Positions 62,366 through 64,000 of a stretch of DNA of 64,000 nt are shown here, piece after piece. This DNA comes from Basidiobolus meristosporus CBS 931.73 (taxonomy: Eukaryota > Fungi > Basidiobolomycota), in the NCBI GenBank assembly GCA_002104905.1, contig MCFE01000193.1, positions 62,001-126,000 of the forward strand. Direction: 5' to 3'. The position numbers and the translations under genes were made by a program. Each line of letters opens with the position of its first letter. Position 1 is the first letter of the stretch. The notes beneath the pieces were generated by a model. The model was not told the origin of the DNA and did no database searches. It worked only from the letters and a program-made list of their open reading frames with translations.

Positions 62366-62552
62366 ATGGAATACGAAGGAAAGAACCCCGGAAATGTTGA
62401 AGGAGGACTCAAGGCCGCCGCGCACAACCCCAACGTCTCAGCCGAGAAGCAACAAGAGTCACTAGAGAAGGCATCCCAGATTCATGAAGAGCGTACCGGC
62501 AAACCGCTTGAAGGAGCAGACCATTGAAAAGGAATCCAAGCATTCCAAATAA
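62366..62552 (+). pseudogene. Con-6-like copy 12 with a late 1-bp insertion (altered, shortened C-terminus)
   Basis: CCGCTTGAAGGAG versus CCGCTGAAGGAG; ends PLEGADH* at 62527. Confidence 0.75.
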
Positions 62553-64000
62553 AAAGCAGACACATTATTCAGCGTGTGCTGAAAGCACTAATTGAAGTAG
62601 TAGTTGTATCTCCACTAGAGCGCTGTTGTTGGCTTTTAACTAGTGCAGTAATTCATTTGGCCATATGCGTAGGCTATGAGTATTAATTAAGCACAGTTTT
62701 TGGGATAAGACAGATGATGGTAGTGAAACCATATCGTCGATTATGCATCAGTAATCCTCGAAGCTACCGGAAATCAATTCGTAACCCCATCCATTTGACC
62801 AAGTGCACTCATATGAACTTGGCTATTTGGCAGGTGACATGTAGCTTTTTGGATTGCTTGACATATGTTTTAGCATGTTAAGATACTATCATTTTGTACA
62901 AACCAAATTGATGGGTTTTCCTCATTTTTCCATTCGCACATACCTCTCATATTGGCCTTAAGGCTATGCATAGTTGAAGGAGCAGAACATCACTACTATT
63001 GCTGCATAAATAACGATGATAATACCTTACTCCATCACCGTGGTTGATTGCACCAGATTAAGAAGTGCCAAGTTTGCGTTTCCCGAATGAAATACGAGTG
63101 CGCTCTCCAAACTTCGATCTTTTGTCCGAGGCTTGATTCCGGGCACATTTGTCCGCCAAATAGGCATATATTACCTATGAGCAGCTTACAGTCTCTCCTT
63201 CATCCATGCCATAGCTGAAAGCTGTATGGCCCCAAGAGTACCCGGGAAAAAGTATTTTCTAAACAATACTTCACATGACATATCAAGATACCTAGTGTTG
63301 AGCACAGGCTTGTATGTGCCTACCTCAAGCGCTACCATAGTAAGTGAAAATACTCTAGGTAAAGAATTTGCAATGATTGCTAGAATTTCATTGTTGATGA
63401 CTTATGGAATGCGAAACAAGGAAATCAATGGGAAAATGAAACATTCTCACAAGGTGCAGAAGATACGACAATGTAAAAACCGAAGTGTTTCTTACAAGTA
63501 TCCCTAGGGCTGCATTCCCATACTGAGGGTAACACAGGTGGTGTACACAGGCTGAAATATATGTCCATACCTTGGTCACTCCCTCTGTATATTTGTGAAC
63601 TGCGCGGCGCTCAACAATGATATCATGGATTTGGACGAATCTCAACTCTGTACAACGCGTGTGCGAAAGGAACTAACGGGCCTGTTGTGGATCGCATAGG
63701 CTCTCATACAAACTCTTGGTGAATCGCACCGGATATTACCGGGTGTAACATCCACAAAACCTTGACACATGTTAAAAAGCTGGTATTTGGGTGGTTGGGA
63801 AGACAGGCCTTTATTGTGCTACCAACCACTACGGAGACTGGTGTTACTTGTTCACTGACATAGAGTGAGATGATCTTGTTGCAGGGGGCTTGCGCTAGAA
63901 CATGATTGCGAGTACGATCAGTGCCAACAGCGCAAACCAATGCTGGTGTACCATACTATGCCAAGAGCGACAAAACTGCTGGCTGATTTTTTACCATTCG

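Noticed and set aside
45934-62527. N-terminally extended Con-6 ORFs (45934, 50571, 60143, 62129)
   Set aside because: The extensions run through the TATA box and promoter, use non-ATG or variable starts, and are absent in other copies; chance open frames.
45168-62552. Regularly spaced near-identical repeats suggesting a CRISPR-like array
   Set aside because: The repeats are 186-bp protein-coding ORFs with kb-scale homologous spacers in a eukaryotic context; no cas genes.
63226-64000. ORFs at the right end
   Set aside because: No recognisable homology or gene structure.

Overview
Eukaryotic, fungal-type DNA with short GT-AG introns. An early-diverging fungus such as Basidiobolus is my unverified guess. 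The window has two sharply different halves. (1) Positions ~1-34.8 kb are a CpG-depleted nest of transposons: two Ty1/copia families and two Ty3/gypsy elements. One gypsy is a young chromovirus with a Tf1-type self-priming site and a -1 frameshift signal. There are also solo LTRs with resolvable target-site duplications (TSDs), and a DDE_Tnp_4 (PIF/Harbinger-like) transposase remnant with matching MITE/foldback elements. (2) Positions ~35-64 kb are genic: an orphan secreted Cys-rich GPI-like protein, cyclin C, ribosomal protein P1, a MAPR/cytochrome b5-like protein and tRNA-Pro(CGG). These are followed by a duplicated block of secreted GH32 beta-fructofuranosidase, HAD sugar/glycerol phosphatase and a tandem array of Con-6-like 61-aa hydrophilins (12 copies plus 2 relics). 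The two block copies have decayed reciprocally: the left lost GH32, and the right has a frameshifted HAD. Most Con-6 promoters carry a positionally conserved ATCGATC(GA) motif resembling the White Collar light-response element. This array and its neighbours are the best candidate for an undescribed system. All coordinates, splice models and counts were read by eye, and family names come from motif recognition, not database searches.
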